Below, piece by piece: positions 36,850 through 46,198 of a stretch of DNA of 64,000 nucleotides; positions within the stretch are counted from its first letter, which is position 1, and each line of letters opens with the position of its first letter. The notes under the pieces were generated by a model. That model was not told where the DNA came from and ran no database searches. It worked only from the letters and a program-made list of their open reading frames with translations. A program made the translations under genes and the position numbers. Source of the stretch: Chthoniobacteraceae bacterium (lineage in GTDB: Bacteria > Verrucomicrobiota > Verrucomicrobiia > Chthoniobacterales > Chthoniobacteraceae); the NCBI GenBank assembly GCA_036266845.1, contig DATAXI010000071.1:2646-66645 (forward strand). The letters run 5' to 3'.

Positions 36850-38715
36850 ATGGCCGCCGGTGGAAGCGCCGCGGCTCGCCCGACCCTCACTTTGAAAATC
36901 TGGCAAAAGATCGTCCTCGGCTTTGGACTGGCACTGACCATGCTGGCCATGGTGGCGGTCATCACCTACCGCTCCACGCGCGGGCTGGACGATAGCGCGC
37001 AATGGGTATCCCAGCGGCACGATTTTCTGGACCGGCTCAGCTCCTTCGAGCTCCACATCACGCAGTTGGACAGCGCGGCGCGTGGATACCTGCTGGCGGC
37101 GGATGAGCAATACCTGCCGGCTTACGAGCACGCCCGGGAGCAACTGGTCGAGGATATCAAAGGGATCAACGCCTCCGTCGGCAGCGATGACCCGGAGGCA
37201 ATCCGCGATTACGGCGAGCTGAAATATGTGCAACAGCTCGAGCCCCTGCTTTCCAGAAAGACGGCCATCCTCAAGGCGGCAATCGCCACCCGGCAGGAGC
37301 ATGGCCTGGAGAGCGCCGCGCTCATGCTGAGCGATGGCCAGGACGCCGCGATCAACAAATCGCTTACCGAAGCCGTGGGGCGGCTGCGCATCGCGGAGGA
37401 AGCGCGGCTCCAGACGCGGTCGAATCTTTCGGCCGCCATCGGGCGTTCCTCCATCGCCGTGGTGGTTATGGCCACCATTCTCAGCGGGGTCATCCTGGCA
37501 TTGGCTTCGGTGCTCATCCTGCGGGACATCGCGGTGCGGCGCCGGGCGGAGGAGGCGATGGCGGAGGAGCACAATCTCCTGCGCAGCGTCATGGACGCGA
37601 TGCCGGAGCAGGTCTTCGTGACGGACCGGGAGGGGCATTTCATGATCGACAATATCTCCCACCGCACCTTTCTGGGCGTGAAGACCGCGCGGGAGATCGA
37701 GGGCAGGGAGGTGCGCTATTTCTTTCCGGCATCCATCGCGGACCAGATGGAAAAGGACAATCGTGTCATCATGGAAACGGGCCGGCCCGTTCTCAATCAC
37801 GAGGATCTGCTGGTGCGGAACGATGGGCAGGTGGCCTGGATCGCGACCACGCGCGTCCCGTTGCGCGACGTGGAGGGCCACTGCATCGGCCTGGTGGGTG
37901 TCAGCCGCGACGTCTCCGAGCGCAAGGAGGCGGAGGAGCGCCTGCGCCTGGCCGCGGAGCAATTGCGCCGCAGCAACCTCGAGCTTCAGGAGTTTGCCTC
38001 CATTGCCTCGCACGATCTCCAGGAGCCGTTGCGGAAGATCCAGGCTTTCGGCGACCGTCTCAAGAGCAAGTGCGCCGCCGGCCTTGGGGAAAACGGGCGC
38101 GATTATCTGGAGCGGATGCAGGACGCCGCGCGGCGGATGCAAATCCTGCTGCATGACCTGCTGACCCTCTCGCGCGTCACCAGCAAGGCGCTGCCTTTCG
38201 AGCCGGTTGACCTGCGAAAAATCGCCGAGGACGTGGTCTCCGACCTCGAGGTGCGGATCGAGCAGACCCAGGCGAATGTCGAAATCGGGCGGCTGCCCGT
38301 CATCGATGCCGACCCGGTCCAGATGCGTCAACTCATCCAGAATTTGCTCTCCAACGCGCTCAAGTTTCAACGTCCCGAGGTGACGCCGGAGGTCATCGTT
38401 TCGGCGAAGGTGCTGGACAATGCCGATTCTCTGCCGGGAGCGATGCCCGGAGAGGAGCTGTGCCAGATCGTGATCAAGGACAATGGGATCGGTTTTGACG
38501 AGCGTTACCTGGACCGGATTTTTCAGGTTTTCCAAAGATTGCACTCCCGCAGTGAGTATGAAGGGACCGGGATTGGCCTGGCCGTTTGCCGAAAAATCGC
38601 GGACCGGCACGGGGGCGCCATTTACGCCAAAAGCGCGGAAGGAGAAGGGGCTACATTTATCGTGACATTGCCAGTAAAACAACGCATGAGTGACAACAAT
38701 GAAGAAGCACGGTGA
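36850..38715 (+). CDS. sensor histidine kinase (CHASE3 - TM - PAS - HisKA - HATPase_c)
   Basis: CHASE3-like periplasmic N-terminus flanked by 2 TMs, a PAS segment, H-box FASIASHDLQEPLRKI, and N/G boxes (LSNALKF, GTGIGLAVCRKI). Confidence 0.9.
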   Translation: MAAGGSAAARPTLTLKIWQKIVLGFGLALTMLAMVAVITYRSTRGLDDSAQWVSQRHDFLDRLSSFELHITQLDSAARGYLLAADEQYLPAYEHAREQLVEDIKGINASVGSDDPEAIRDYGELKYVQQLEPLLSRKTAILKAAIATRQEHGLESAALMLSDGQDAAINKSLTEAVGRLRIAEEARLQTRSNLSAAIGRSSIAVVVMATILSGVILALASVLILRDIAVRRRAEEAMAEEHNLLRSVMDAMPEQVFVTDREGHFMIDNISHRTFLGVKTAREIEGREVRYFFPASIADQMEKDNRVIMETGRPVLNHEDLLVRNDGQVAWIATTRVPLRDVEGHCIGLVGVSRDVSERKEAEERLRLAAEQLRRSNLELQEFASIASHDLQEPLRKIQAFGDRLKSKCAAGLGENGRDYLERMQDAARRMQILLHDLLTLSRVTSKALPFEPVDLRKIAEDVVSDLEVRIEQTQANVEIGRLPVIDADPVQMRQLIQNLLSNALKFQRPEVTPEVIVSAKVLDNADSLPGAMPGEELCQIVIKDNGIGFDERYLDRIFQVFQRLHSRSEYEGTGIGLAVCRKIADRHGGAIYAKSAEGEGATFIVTLPVKQRMSDNNEEAR

Positions 38716-39172
38716 ACCCATAACCATCCTGATGGCCGACGACGATGCGGATGATCGCCGGCTGACCCGCGATGCGTTGGAAGAGAGCCGTCTGGCTAAT
38801 GATTTGCGCTTTGTGGAAAACGGAGAAGAGCTGCTGGATTACCTGCGCAACAAGGGCAAGTTTTCCGATCCGGAAGCGGCGCCGCGGCCCGGTCTGATCC
38901 TGCTGGACCTGAACATGCCGCGCAAGGATGGGCGTACCGCCCTCAAGGAGATGAAGGCCGATCCGGACCTGAGACAAATCCCCGTGACCGTACTGACTAC
39001 GTCCAAGGCGGACGAAGATATTTTCCGCTCCTATGACCTGGGAGTAAACTCCTACATCGTCAAGCCGGTGACCTTCGAGGCACTGGTCGATATTCTCCAG
39101 ACGCTCGAGAAGTACTGGTTCGAGATCGTCGAGCTTCCCCCGGACGCCGTCCACGGACGGGCGAAGGAGTAA
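38690..39172 (+). CDS. single-domain response regulator (Rcp1/CheY-like receiver)
   Basis: ILMADDDADD, LILLDLNMPRKDG, SYIVKP. Overlaps the kinase gene by 26 nt. Confidence 0.9.
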   Translation: MTTMKKHGEPITILMADDDADDRRLTRDALEESRLANDLRFVENGEELLDYLRNKGKFSDPEAAPRPGLILLDLNMPRKDGRTALKEMKADPDLRQIPVTVLTTSKADEDIFRSYDLGVNSYIVKPVTFEALVDILQTLEKYWFEIVELPPDAVHGRAKE

Positions 39173-39300
39173 TTTTCTCGCCCGCGAGGGCCGGTCCGGT
39201 ATCTGGCTGCGACGCCCGCTCATTGGAGAGCGCGTAAATGCAGGAAGACGCGCGGCGAGTCAGCGCGATTTACTTCGCGCGGTTCCAACTCCGTTGCAGC

Positions 39301-40914
39301 TTATTCATCGCGAGCCGCGCGATGGTGATGGCGTGCAGGGGTGGGAGAGGCGGTCGGCGTGGGCGATGAGGCCGATTCTCCCTCCACCCAGTGGTCGGTG
39401 CGGAATGGAGCGGCAGGGAGGCCATCCTTATTCTCAAGGTCGCAATTGGGGAGATCGGCCCAGGCATAGCGGACTGCGACCGGGCTGGGGACCTCCTTGC
39501 TTTGAACAACGACCTTGTCGCCCTGGATCGCCGCGTCGGCCCAGACGAATTTGCGGTCCTCGCCCGCAATCTGGAAGCCCTCCAGCGGCGGCTTCTTGCG
39601 ATCCACCAGGCCGCCCGGGGCGTGGCTGAAGGCCAGCACCGCCTTGCCGCCCTCGATTTGCATCCCGGAAAATACCGGGCCTGAGATGTCCAGGCCGGTT
39701 TTTCCGTAAACCTGGCTCTCGGCGAGCAGCGCCAGGCGGTGGGCAATCGTCTTTTTGTCCTTTGGGTGCATGTCATTGGGGTCCGCCAGGTCCACGGTTA
39801 CGGCCATCGCCGCCTTGGGGAGATTGGTCACCTGCGCCTCGCGTAGATTGGCCCACTCGCTTTCCTCGGGTTGATCGTGCCGGGTTGGGAAGCCGGATAT
39901 CTGGGCGTAGAGGAATGGGAAATCCCCCTCATTCCACGCCTTGCGCCAGGAGGTGATCAACGCCGGAAAGAGCTTCCGGTAAAGATCGGGCTCATAGGTG
40001 TTCGATTCCCCCTGGTACCAGAGAACACCGCGAATCGGAAAGCGCAGCAGAGGCGAGATCATCCCATTATACAACGCGCCCGGCTGGCGCGCGCCGGAGG
40101 GATTGAGCGGCGGCATGGGCGCCCATGGCGCGGGCGAGCCGGCAGCTTTGGCGGCTTCAGCCGCCACCTTCCACCCGGCCAGCTTTGTCTGATACTCGGC
40201 CAGCGCCTTCGGGTATGCCGCGGACGCCTTCTCGTAGCGCTCGAGCGTACCCCGGAGCGCCGGGTCCTTCTCGAGGGTTTCGCGGGGAATCCACGACTCG
40301 ATGGGCGAGGGGCCCCAGGCGCTCTGGATGAGGCCGATCGGGACATGCATCCCCCGGTTTAATTCCCTGGCAAAGAAAAAGCCGATTGCGGAGTAATTGC
40401 GCGCCGTCATCGGATCGCACACCACCCAGGAGCCGTCGCATTCCGTCTCCGGCTTGTCCGCCGGGTTATGCCAGACCGTGAAGACTCGCACCATGGGCAG
40501 GTCGCCATCGGCGGATTCCTCCAGGCCGCCGCGCGCGGTAATGACCTTTTGGTCCATGTTCGTCTCGCCGGAGCAGACCCATACCTCTCCCACAGCCACA
40601 TTGTGGACCGTGACGCTGTTCTTGCCAAAGACCGTCAATTCGTAGGGGCCGCCGGATTTGATTCCCGCCAGCTTGACTCCCCAGTTTCCCTCCTTGTCCG
40701 CCACGGCCTGCGCGGCGTAAGGGCCCATTTGCACCGTGATATTCTCCCCGGGGTCCGCCTTGCCCCAGATGTTCACCTTATCCCGCTGCTGCAAGACCAT
40801 GTTGTCGCTGAGGATGGGCGGCAGGACGATATTGGCACGGCAGGGGGCGGAGCCGGAGGCAACGGCCAGCAGCAGGCCAAGGCCGAGGGAGAGGCTGGGA
40901 AGGCGGCGATTCAT
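39301..40914 (-). CDS. sialate O-acetylesterase-like (SASA/SGNH) carbohydrate esterase, block I variant GETNM
   Basis: Signal peptide. VWVCSGETNMD sits where the family has GQSNM. WYQGESN and DMHPKDKKTIAHRLA blocks are present. ATG 40914 preferred. Confidence 0.7.
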   Translation of the reverse strand: MNRRLPSLSLGLGLLLAVASGSAPCRANIVLPPILSDNMVLQQRDKVNIWGKADPGENITVQMGPYAAQAVADKEGNWGVKLAGIKSGGPYELTVFGKNSVTVHNVAVGEVWVCSGETNMDQKVITARGGLEESADGDLPMVRVFTVWHNPADKPETECDGSWVVCDPMTARNYSAIGFFFARELNRGMHVPIGLIQSAWGPSPIESWIPRETLEKDPALRGTLERYEKASAAYPKALAEYQTKLAGWKVAAEAAKAAGSPAPWAPMPPLNPSGARQPGALYNGMISPLLRFPIRGVLWYQGESNTYEPDLYRKLFPALITSWRKAWNEGDFPFLYAQISGFPTRHDQPEESEWANLREAQVTNLPKAAMAVTVDLADPNDMHPKDKKTIAHRLALLAESQVYGKTGLDISGPVFSGMQIEGGKAVLAFSHAPGGLVDRKKPPLEGFQIAGEDRKFVWADAAIQGDKVVVQSKEVPSPVAVRYAWADLPNCDLENKDGLPAAPFRTDHWVEGESASSPTPTASPTPARHHHRAARDE

Positions 40915-41080
40915 GGAAAGGGGAAAAGAAGCATGGAACACCGCTCGCGCGGAAGGTCAAGGCCTGCCGGGCGGAAAGACCACCGGCATTTCAGGGAAAG
41001 CCCCGATGGCCAAAACCGAATTCCGCGTTATTCTGGCCGCCGCGTGACCGGCCAGGGATGCAGGGTGGCTGGTCACCCGG

Positions 41081-41121
41081 ATCGGCTGCTTTCCTACGAG
41101 GGAGGCAGCCGATTTTTGTTT
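41081..41121 (+). terminator. strong rho-independent terminator with no upstream plus-strand gene (leader of the 41365 operon or 3' end of an sRNA)
   Basis: ATCGGCTGC-(15 nt loop)-GCAGCCGAT followed by TTTTTGTTT. Preceded by a second 11-bp hairpin at 41044-41076 (GTGACCGGCCA/TGGCTGGTCAC). Confidence 0.6.
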
Positions 41122-41364
41122 GGGCGGAGGGGGCGTGTCACAAAAATGTAACAATGAACCGCTTGGGGCGCTGGAGTGGCCGGTGGTAAGTAATCCGGCC
41201 CTTCATTTTTCGAGGGAATGCCCCCGGTACACCGGGCGCGCTTCGCGGCGGCGGTGGGTCTTGCATTGAAATCTGCGCCGGGAACGGCGTGAGTCAATGA
41301 CCCCTCCATCGTTTCGGGCGGCCCAGGCCGGGAATATTTTTTCCTTGGAAATCGATAGATAGAA

Positions 41365-43101
41365 ATGAGCCCGCCGCCCTGCCGCCACAATGCAGTTCTG
41401 CCGCCCGGAGCGCCCCTGCGCCGCGCGCTTTGCCGTGCCGCCATGGCGGCATTGCTCGCCGTGGGCGGGATGCGTGGGGAGGCCGCGCAGAGCGCCCAGC
41501 CGGCAACCAGCGGAACGGGCGCCGGCGCGCAGCAAACGGCGAAGGGGAAAGCGGGCGCGCAGCCACAGGCCCAGGCGCCGGAGCCGGAGTTTTACATCCG
41601 GGAGTACCGGGTGCGCGGCACTCATCACCTTAGCCCCATCGACGTACAGCGGGCGGTCTATCCTTTCCTCGGGCCCGGCCGGACCGCGGCGGATGTCAAT
41701 TCCGCGCGCGAGGCGTTGCAAAAAGCTTACGAGACGAAGAATTACACCGCCGTCAATGTCACCGTGCCGCCGCAGACCGGGGCGGGCGGCGTCGTCTTCC
41801 TGCAGGTGGATGAGAACCCGGTCGGCCGCCTGCGGGTGCATGGCTCGCGCTATTACGATATTAACGATATCAAGCGGGCAGTGCCGTCGCTGGCGGAGGG
41901 GAACATCGTCAATTTCTCCCAGGTTCAGAAAGAGATGGTGGGCATCAACCAGTTGCCCGACCGGCGCGTCACCCCCTCCATCCAGGCCGGTGCGGCGCCG
42001 GGCACCATGGATGTGGACCTGAACGTCAAGGATACCCTGCCGCTGCACGGCAGCGTGGAGTTGAACAACCGCTACAGCGCGGATACCCCGCCGCTCCGGC
42101 TCAACGCCTCCGTGAGCTATGACAACCTCTGGCAGGCCGGCAATTCCATCGGCGGCAGCGTCCAGGTCTCGCCGCAGAACGTCAGCAAGGTGAACGTCTA
42201 TACCGGCTTTTACACGTTGCGGTTTCCAAACGTGGATTGGCTCTCCTTTACCCTCCAGGGGACCAAGCAGAACAGCAATGTCTCCACGCTCGGCTCCATC
42301 GATGTCACCGGACGCGGCGATATCATCGGGCTCAATACCAACTTTAAACTGCCCACCATGGGCGATTACTTCCAGAACTTCACGTTCGGCATCGCGTACA
42401 AGGAGTTCGATCAAAACGTGGAAATCGGCGTGCCGGGCACCACCACCACGGCCACCGAGACGCCCACCACGTACCTGCCGCTGACTCTCGATTACTCCGG
42501 CACCCGGGTCGATCCCTCCTCGCTCACCGATCTCGATCTCCAGGTGGTGCTCAATCTCCGCGGCATCGGCAGCAACGCCACCCAATTCACCAACAATCGC
42601 TACGGCGCGGATCGCAATTTCATCTACTTCCGCGGGGATACGTCGCGCACGCAGGATATCTGGGGCGGCGCGCAGCTTTACGCGAAGGTGGGCGGCCAGG
42701 TTTCCGATTCCCCGCTCATCAACAGCGAGCAGTTCAGCGTGGGCGGCCTCGGCACCGTCCGCGGCTATCTGGAGTCCGAGGTGCTGGGCGATGACGCCGT
42801 TATCTTCAACTTCGAGGCGCGCACGCCATCGCTGCTTTCCTGGATCAAAGGGATCGATCCCAACAAGCCGAGCGATGAGTGGCGGTTCTACTTTTTTACC
42901 GATGCCGGCGCGGCCTCCATCCAGGATCCGCTGCCGGATCAGACGGAGCGCTACTCCCTGGCCAGCTATGGCGGCGGCACGCGGCTGACGCTGCTCAATC
43001 ACTTCAACGGCTCGCTGGACCTCGCGATTCCCCTCTTTACCCAAGTTAATACCAAAGCGCACAACCCGTTCCTGACCTTCCGCGTCTGGACCGACTTCTG
43101 A
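41365..43101 (+). CDS. ShlB/FhaC/HecB-type (TpsB, Omp85 superfamily) POTRA-domain outer-membrane transporter
   Basis: FYIREYRVRGTHHLSPIDVQRAVYPFLG... (POTRA), LRVHGSRYY, GSVELNNRYSADT, LGGLGTVRGY, C-terminal ...LTFRVWTDF. Alternative start at 41443. Confidence 0.82.
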   Translation: MSPPPCRHNAVLPPGAPLRRALCRAAMAALLAVGGMRGEAAQSAQPATSGTGAGAQQTAKGKAGAQPQAQAPEPEFYIREYRVRGTHHLSPIDVQRAVYPFLGPGRTAADVNSAREALQKAYETKNYTAVNVTVPPQTGAGGVVFLQVDENPVGRLRVHGSRYYDINDIKRAVPSLAEGNIVNFSQVQKEMVGINQLPDRRVTPSIQAGAAPGTMDVDLNVKDTLPLHGSVELNNRYSADTPPLRLNASVSYDNLWQAGNSIGGSVQVSPQNVSKVNVYTGFYTLRFPNVDWLSFTLQGTKQNSNVSTLGSIDVTGRGDIIGLNTNFKLPTMGDYFQNFTFGIAYKEFDQNVEIGVPGTTTTATETPTTYLPLTLDYSGTRVDPSSLTDLDLQVVLNLRGIGSNATQFTNNRYGADRNFIYFRGDTSRTQDIWGGAQLYAKVGGQVSDSPLINSEQFSVGGLGTVRGYLESEVLGDDAVIFNFEARTPSLLSWIKGIDPNKPSDEWRFYFFTDAGAASIQDPLPDQTERYSLASYGGGTRLTLLNHFNGSLDLAIPLFTQVNTKAHNPFLTFRVWTDF

Positions 43102-43119
43102 CCCACTCATCTCTCCGCC

Positions 43120-45003
43120 ATGCAACTCCTCAATCCGCTCCGCATCCTCCAGCGCCGGCTGCTGCTCTGCGCGCTGGCCGTCCTCACGCTCTCCGCCACC
43201 GCCAATGCCTGGTGGGACGGCGATTGGAGCATCCGCAAGAAAATCACCATCGACACCGGCAGCACCGGCGTGTCGATCGACAGCCCCATCGGCGCCAGCG
43301 CCGTCCTGCTGCGGCTCAGCGATGGGGATTTCAACTTCCAGGCGGCCAAGGAGGATGGCAGCGATATCCGCTTTGTCGCCGCGGACGACAAGACGCAACT
43401 GACTTACCACATCGAGCATTTCGACTCGCTCATGAGCGAGGGCTTCGTTTGGGTGAAAGTGCCGGACCTCAAGCCCGGCGCGCAGACCACCATCTGGATG
43501 TATTACGGCAATAGCGGCCAGAAGGCGACCAACGTCCAGGACCCAAAGGGCACGTACGATTCCGGCACCGTGCTGGTTTATCACTTCGGGGAGAAAAACG
43601 CGCCGTTCATCGACGCCTCCGGCAATAACAACACGTCCAAGGCCGCCGCGCCCACGGCGGACGCGATCATCGGCAGCGGCCTGCGCCTGACGGGCAGGAG
43701 TCCGGTGACCATTCCCGCATCGGCTTCGCTCCGGGTTTTCCCCGGCGGCTCATGGAGCTGGCAGGCATGGATCAAGCCCGGCACGCTGGCGGCCAACTCG
43801 GTCATCTTCAGCCGGTACGACGGCACGGGCGGCCTGGTCATTGGCCTGGACAACGGCGTTCCCTTTGCCGAAATCTCCGGCCAGCAGGGCTTAAAGCGTA
43901 CCGTCGCCGGCGCGGCCATCCCGGTAAACACCTGGCATCACCTTGCCGTGGTCGCCGCCCCGGGCAAGGTGACGCTTTTTCTGGATGGCGATCCCTACGG
44001 CGCTCCGCTTGCCGCCGATCTTCCGGGTCTCAATACCGACATGACCATCGGGGCCGATACCGCGGCGGGCTCCAAGCGGCCCGGTTTCCTGGGAGACATG
44101 GACGAGCTTCAGATCGCCAAGGTCGCCCGCCCGGACGGTTTCGTGAAATTTGCCTCCGTCAGCCAGGGCGGCAGCGATGCTTCCAACAAGCTGGTGGCCG
44201 TGGGACCGGATGAGCAGACCAGCACCTGGCTCAGCGGCAACAGCACCTTCGGCATCCTCATACGCTCCCTCACGCCGGACGGCTGGGCGGTCATCTGCCT
44301 CCTCACCGTCATGGCCATCGTGAGCTGGACCGTCATGTTCACCAAGGGCTCTTTTTTGAATAAGAACGCCAGGGGCAGCACTCATTTCATGAAGGCGTGG
44401 CGTCATGTCGCCAGCGATCTCACGGTGCTCGACGGCGGCGATATGGAATCCGCGAAGAGTCTCGGCGGCCATGTGGACAAGAAGACGCAGAAGGCGCTGC
44501 GCCAGGCGTGCATCTACCATATTTACCACGCCGGCGTCGAAGAGCTGCGGCACCGCATGTCCGATTCCACGGACGAGCGCGTCCTTTCCCCGCAATCCAT
44601 CCAGGCAATCCGCGCCACGCTGGACGGCGTCATGGTGCGGGAGAGCCAGCGGCTGAACAAGGCGATGGTCTTCCTCACGATCGCCATCTCCGGCGGGCCG
44701 TTCCTCGGGCTGCTCGGCACGGTCGTCGGCGTCATGATCACCTTTGCCGCCATTGCCGCCGCGGGCGATGTGAACGTGAACGCCATTGCCCCCGGCATCG
44801 CCGCCGCGCTGCTGGCCACCGTCGCCGGCCTGGCGGTCGCGATTCCCGCGCTCTTCGGGTACAACTACCTCATCTCCCGCATCAAGGAAGCCACGAGCGA
44901 CATGCACGTTTTCACGGATGAATTCGTCACCAAGCTGGCCGAGTTCTACCGGCCCCGCGGCGAAAGCAAAATCGACGGCGCCGACGCGGCTTCCGTCCAC
45001 TAA
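43120..45003 (+). CDS. fusion protein: signal peptide + DUF2341-like + LamG/concanavalin-like periplasmic modules + MotA/TolQ/ExbB proton-channel domain
   Basis: WWDGDWSIRKKITID...DGSDIRFV...WVKVP...IWMYYGN (DUF2341-like). LamG-like NTWHHLAVV...LFLDG. Then 3 TMs with GGPFLGLLGTVVGVMITF and AAALLATVAGLAVAIPALFGYNYL. Confidence 0.82.
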   Translation: MQLLNPLRILQRRLLLCALAVLTLSATANAWWDGDWSIRKKITIDTGSTGVSIDSPIGASAVLLRLSDGDFNFQAAKEDGSDIRFVAADDKTQLTYHIEHFDSLMSEGFVWVKVPDLKPGAQTTIWMYYGNSGQKATNVQDPKGTYDSGTVLVYHFGEKNAPFIDASGNNNTSKAAAPTADAIIGSGLRLTGRSPVTIPASASLRVFPGGSWSWQAWIKPGTLAANSVIFSRYDGTGGLVIGLDNGVPFAEISGQQGLKRTVAGAAIPVNTWHHLAVVAAPGKVTLFLDGDPYGAPLAADLPGLNTDMTIGADTAAGSKRPGFLGDMDELQIAKVARPDGFVKFASVSQGGSDASNKLVAVGPDEQTSTWLSGNSTFGILIRSLTPDGWAVICLLTVMAIVSWTVMFTKGSFLNKNARGSTHFMKAWRHVASDLTVLDGGDMESAKSLGGHVDKKTQKALRQACIYHIYHAGVEELRHRMSDSTDERVLSPQSIQAIRATLDGVMVRESQRLNKAMVFLTIAISGGPFLGLLGTVVGVMITFAAIAAAGDVNVNAIAPGIAAALLATVAGLAVAIPALFGYNYLISRIKEATSDMHVFTDEFVTKLAEFYRPRGESKIDGADAASVH

Positions 45004-45052
45004 CGCGGCCTGATCCAGTACATCTCCCGGCCCCCACTCAAGCCCACCCGCC

Positions 45053-45457
45053 ATGCAAATCCAGGAAGACAAACCTTACGACGACATCAACATCACGCCG
45101 ATGCTCGATCTGGCGTATGTGCTCCTCGTCATCTTCATCCTCATGTGCACGGCCTCCGTGCAGGGCATGAAGGTGAACCTGCCGCATGCCAGCAACACGC
45201 CGCAACCGCCGCTGGCCAAGCCCAAGACCCAGGCCATCACCGTCAATAACGAGGGGAAATATTTCCTCAATACCTCGCCCGCCACGCTGCCGGAGATTCA
45301 GCAAAAGCTGACCGCGCTCAAGGCGGCAAATCCCGACCTGCCGGTCGTCATCCGCGGCGATAGCCAGACGCAATACCAGGCCATCATGGATGTGCTGACC
45401 GTGGTCGGCAACCTGGGCATCACCCAGGTGGGCCTCGCAACGAAACCGGCCAAGTAA
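45053..45457 (+). CDS. exbD: biopolymer transport protein ExbD/TolR
   Basis: DINITPMLDLAYVLLVIFIL followed by a periplasmic domain with PVVIRGDSQTQYQAIMDVL. Confidence 0.9.
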   Translation: MQIQEDKPYDDINITPMLDLAYVLLVIFILMCTASVQGMKVNLPHASNTPQPPLAKPKTQAITVNNEGKYFLNTSPATLPEIQQKLTALKAANPDLPVVIRGDSQTQYQAIMDVLTVVGNLGITQVGLATKPAK

Positions 45458-45478
45458 ACCGCAGCTTTCCCTGACTCG

Positions 45479-46198
45479 ATGCCCGCATTCGACGATGAAG
45501 AGGACGACAGCACTTTTGTCCAGCGCCACCGGGGGCTGGTCATTATTGCCGTATTGCTCGTCCTCGGAGTGGGCATTTACTTTGCCGTCAAGGCCCTCTC
45601 TCACGGGGTGCAATCGCGGAGCAGCGATATCATGACCATCAGCCTGCCGCCATTGCCGCCGCCACCGCCTCCGCCGCCGCGCAATACGCCCACCCCGCCT
45701 CCGCAGCAGCAGCCGACCCCCGAGCAGCAGGAGCAGAAGATGGAGCAGCAGCAGCCCGTACAGGAGGAGAAAAAGGAAGAGGCTCCCAAGGATAAGCCGC
45801 CGGATGCGCCCGCGCCGCTCGGCACCAGCATTACAGGCCCAGGCGGCGGCCAGGATCTTGGCCTCAGCTCCGGCCTGGGCGGCGGCGGCGGCTGGGGCCG
45901 CGGCGGACCCGGCGGCACCAAGTATGGCTGGTACGCCACCGAGGTGCAAAAGTCCATTGCCGAGGCGCTCCGCAAAAATCCTCAAACCCGCAAAGCTTCC
46001 ATGAACGTTGTCGTCCGCATCTGGCCGGACTCCACGGGCCGCATTACCAAGGTCCGCGTATCCAGCCAGGGCATTGACGACAAAACGCGCCAGGCCCTCC
46101 AGGATGAGGTGCTCAATGGACTTCAATTAACCGACCCACCACCGGCCGACATGCCGCTACCCATCGTCATGCGCCTTTCCGCAACCCGCCCACAATGA
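45479..46198 (+). CDS. TonB-family energy transducer
   Basis: N-terminal TM, a Pro-rich spacer (PPLPPPPPPPPRNTPTPPP), and a C-terminal TonB_C-like domain (YGWYATEVQKSIAEAL...VVVRIWPDSTGRITKVRV). Confidence 0.8.
   Translation: MPAFDDEEDDSTFVQRHRGLVIIAVLLVLGVGIYFAVKALSHGVQSRSSDIMTISLPPLPPPPPPPPRNTPTPPPQQQPTPEQQEQKMEQQQPVQEEKKEEAPKDKPPDAPAPLGTSITGPGGGQDLGLSSGLGGGGGWGRGGPGGTKYGWYATEVQKSIAEALRKNPQTRKASMNVVVRIWPDSTGRITKVRVSSQGIDDKTRQALQDEVLNGLQLTDPPPADMPLPIVMRLSATRPQ

Noticed and set aside
36844-38727. 627-aa minus-strand ORF
   Set aside because: Antisense to the CHASE3-PAS histidine kinase, which has all kinase motifs. There are no motifs in the antisense product.
40942-41080. Cobalamin riboswitch or Fur box upstream of the Ton-like operon
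   Set aside because: A GGGAAAGCC...CCGAATTCC stretch is superficially B12-like, but it lacks the B12 box and the conserved GGTG/ACTG elements. The AT-rich AATCGATAGATAGAAATGA near the start codon does not fit the Fur palindrome.
41203-43584. 793-aa minus-strand ORF
   Set aside because: Antisense to the TpsB-like and ExbB-fusion genes. The sequence is repetitive, G/A/R/D/E-rich and without domains.
45640-45800. Repetitive CCG/CCA/CAG-rich DNA that looks like a tandem repeat
   Set aside because: It encodes the Pro/Gln-rich spacer of the TonB-like protein (PPLPPPPPPPPR...QQQPTPEQQEQ), the expected low-complexity linker. It is not a CRISPR or VNTR locus.
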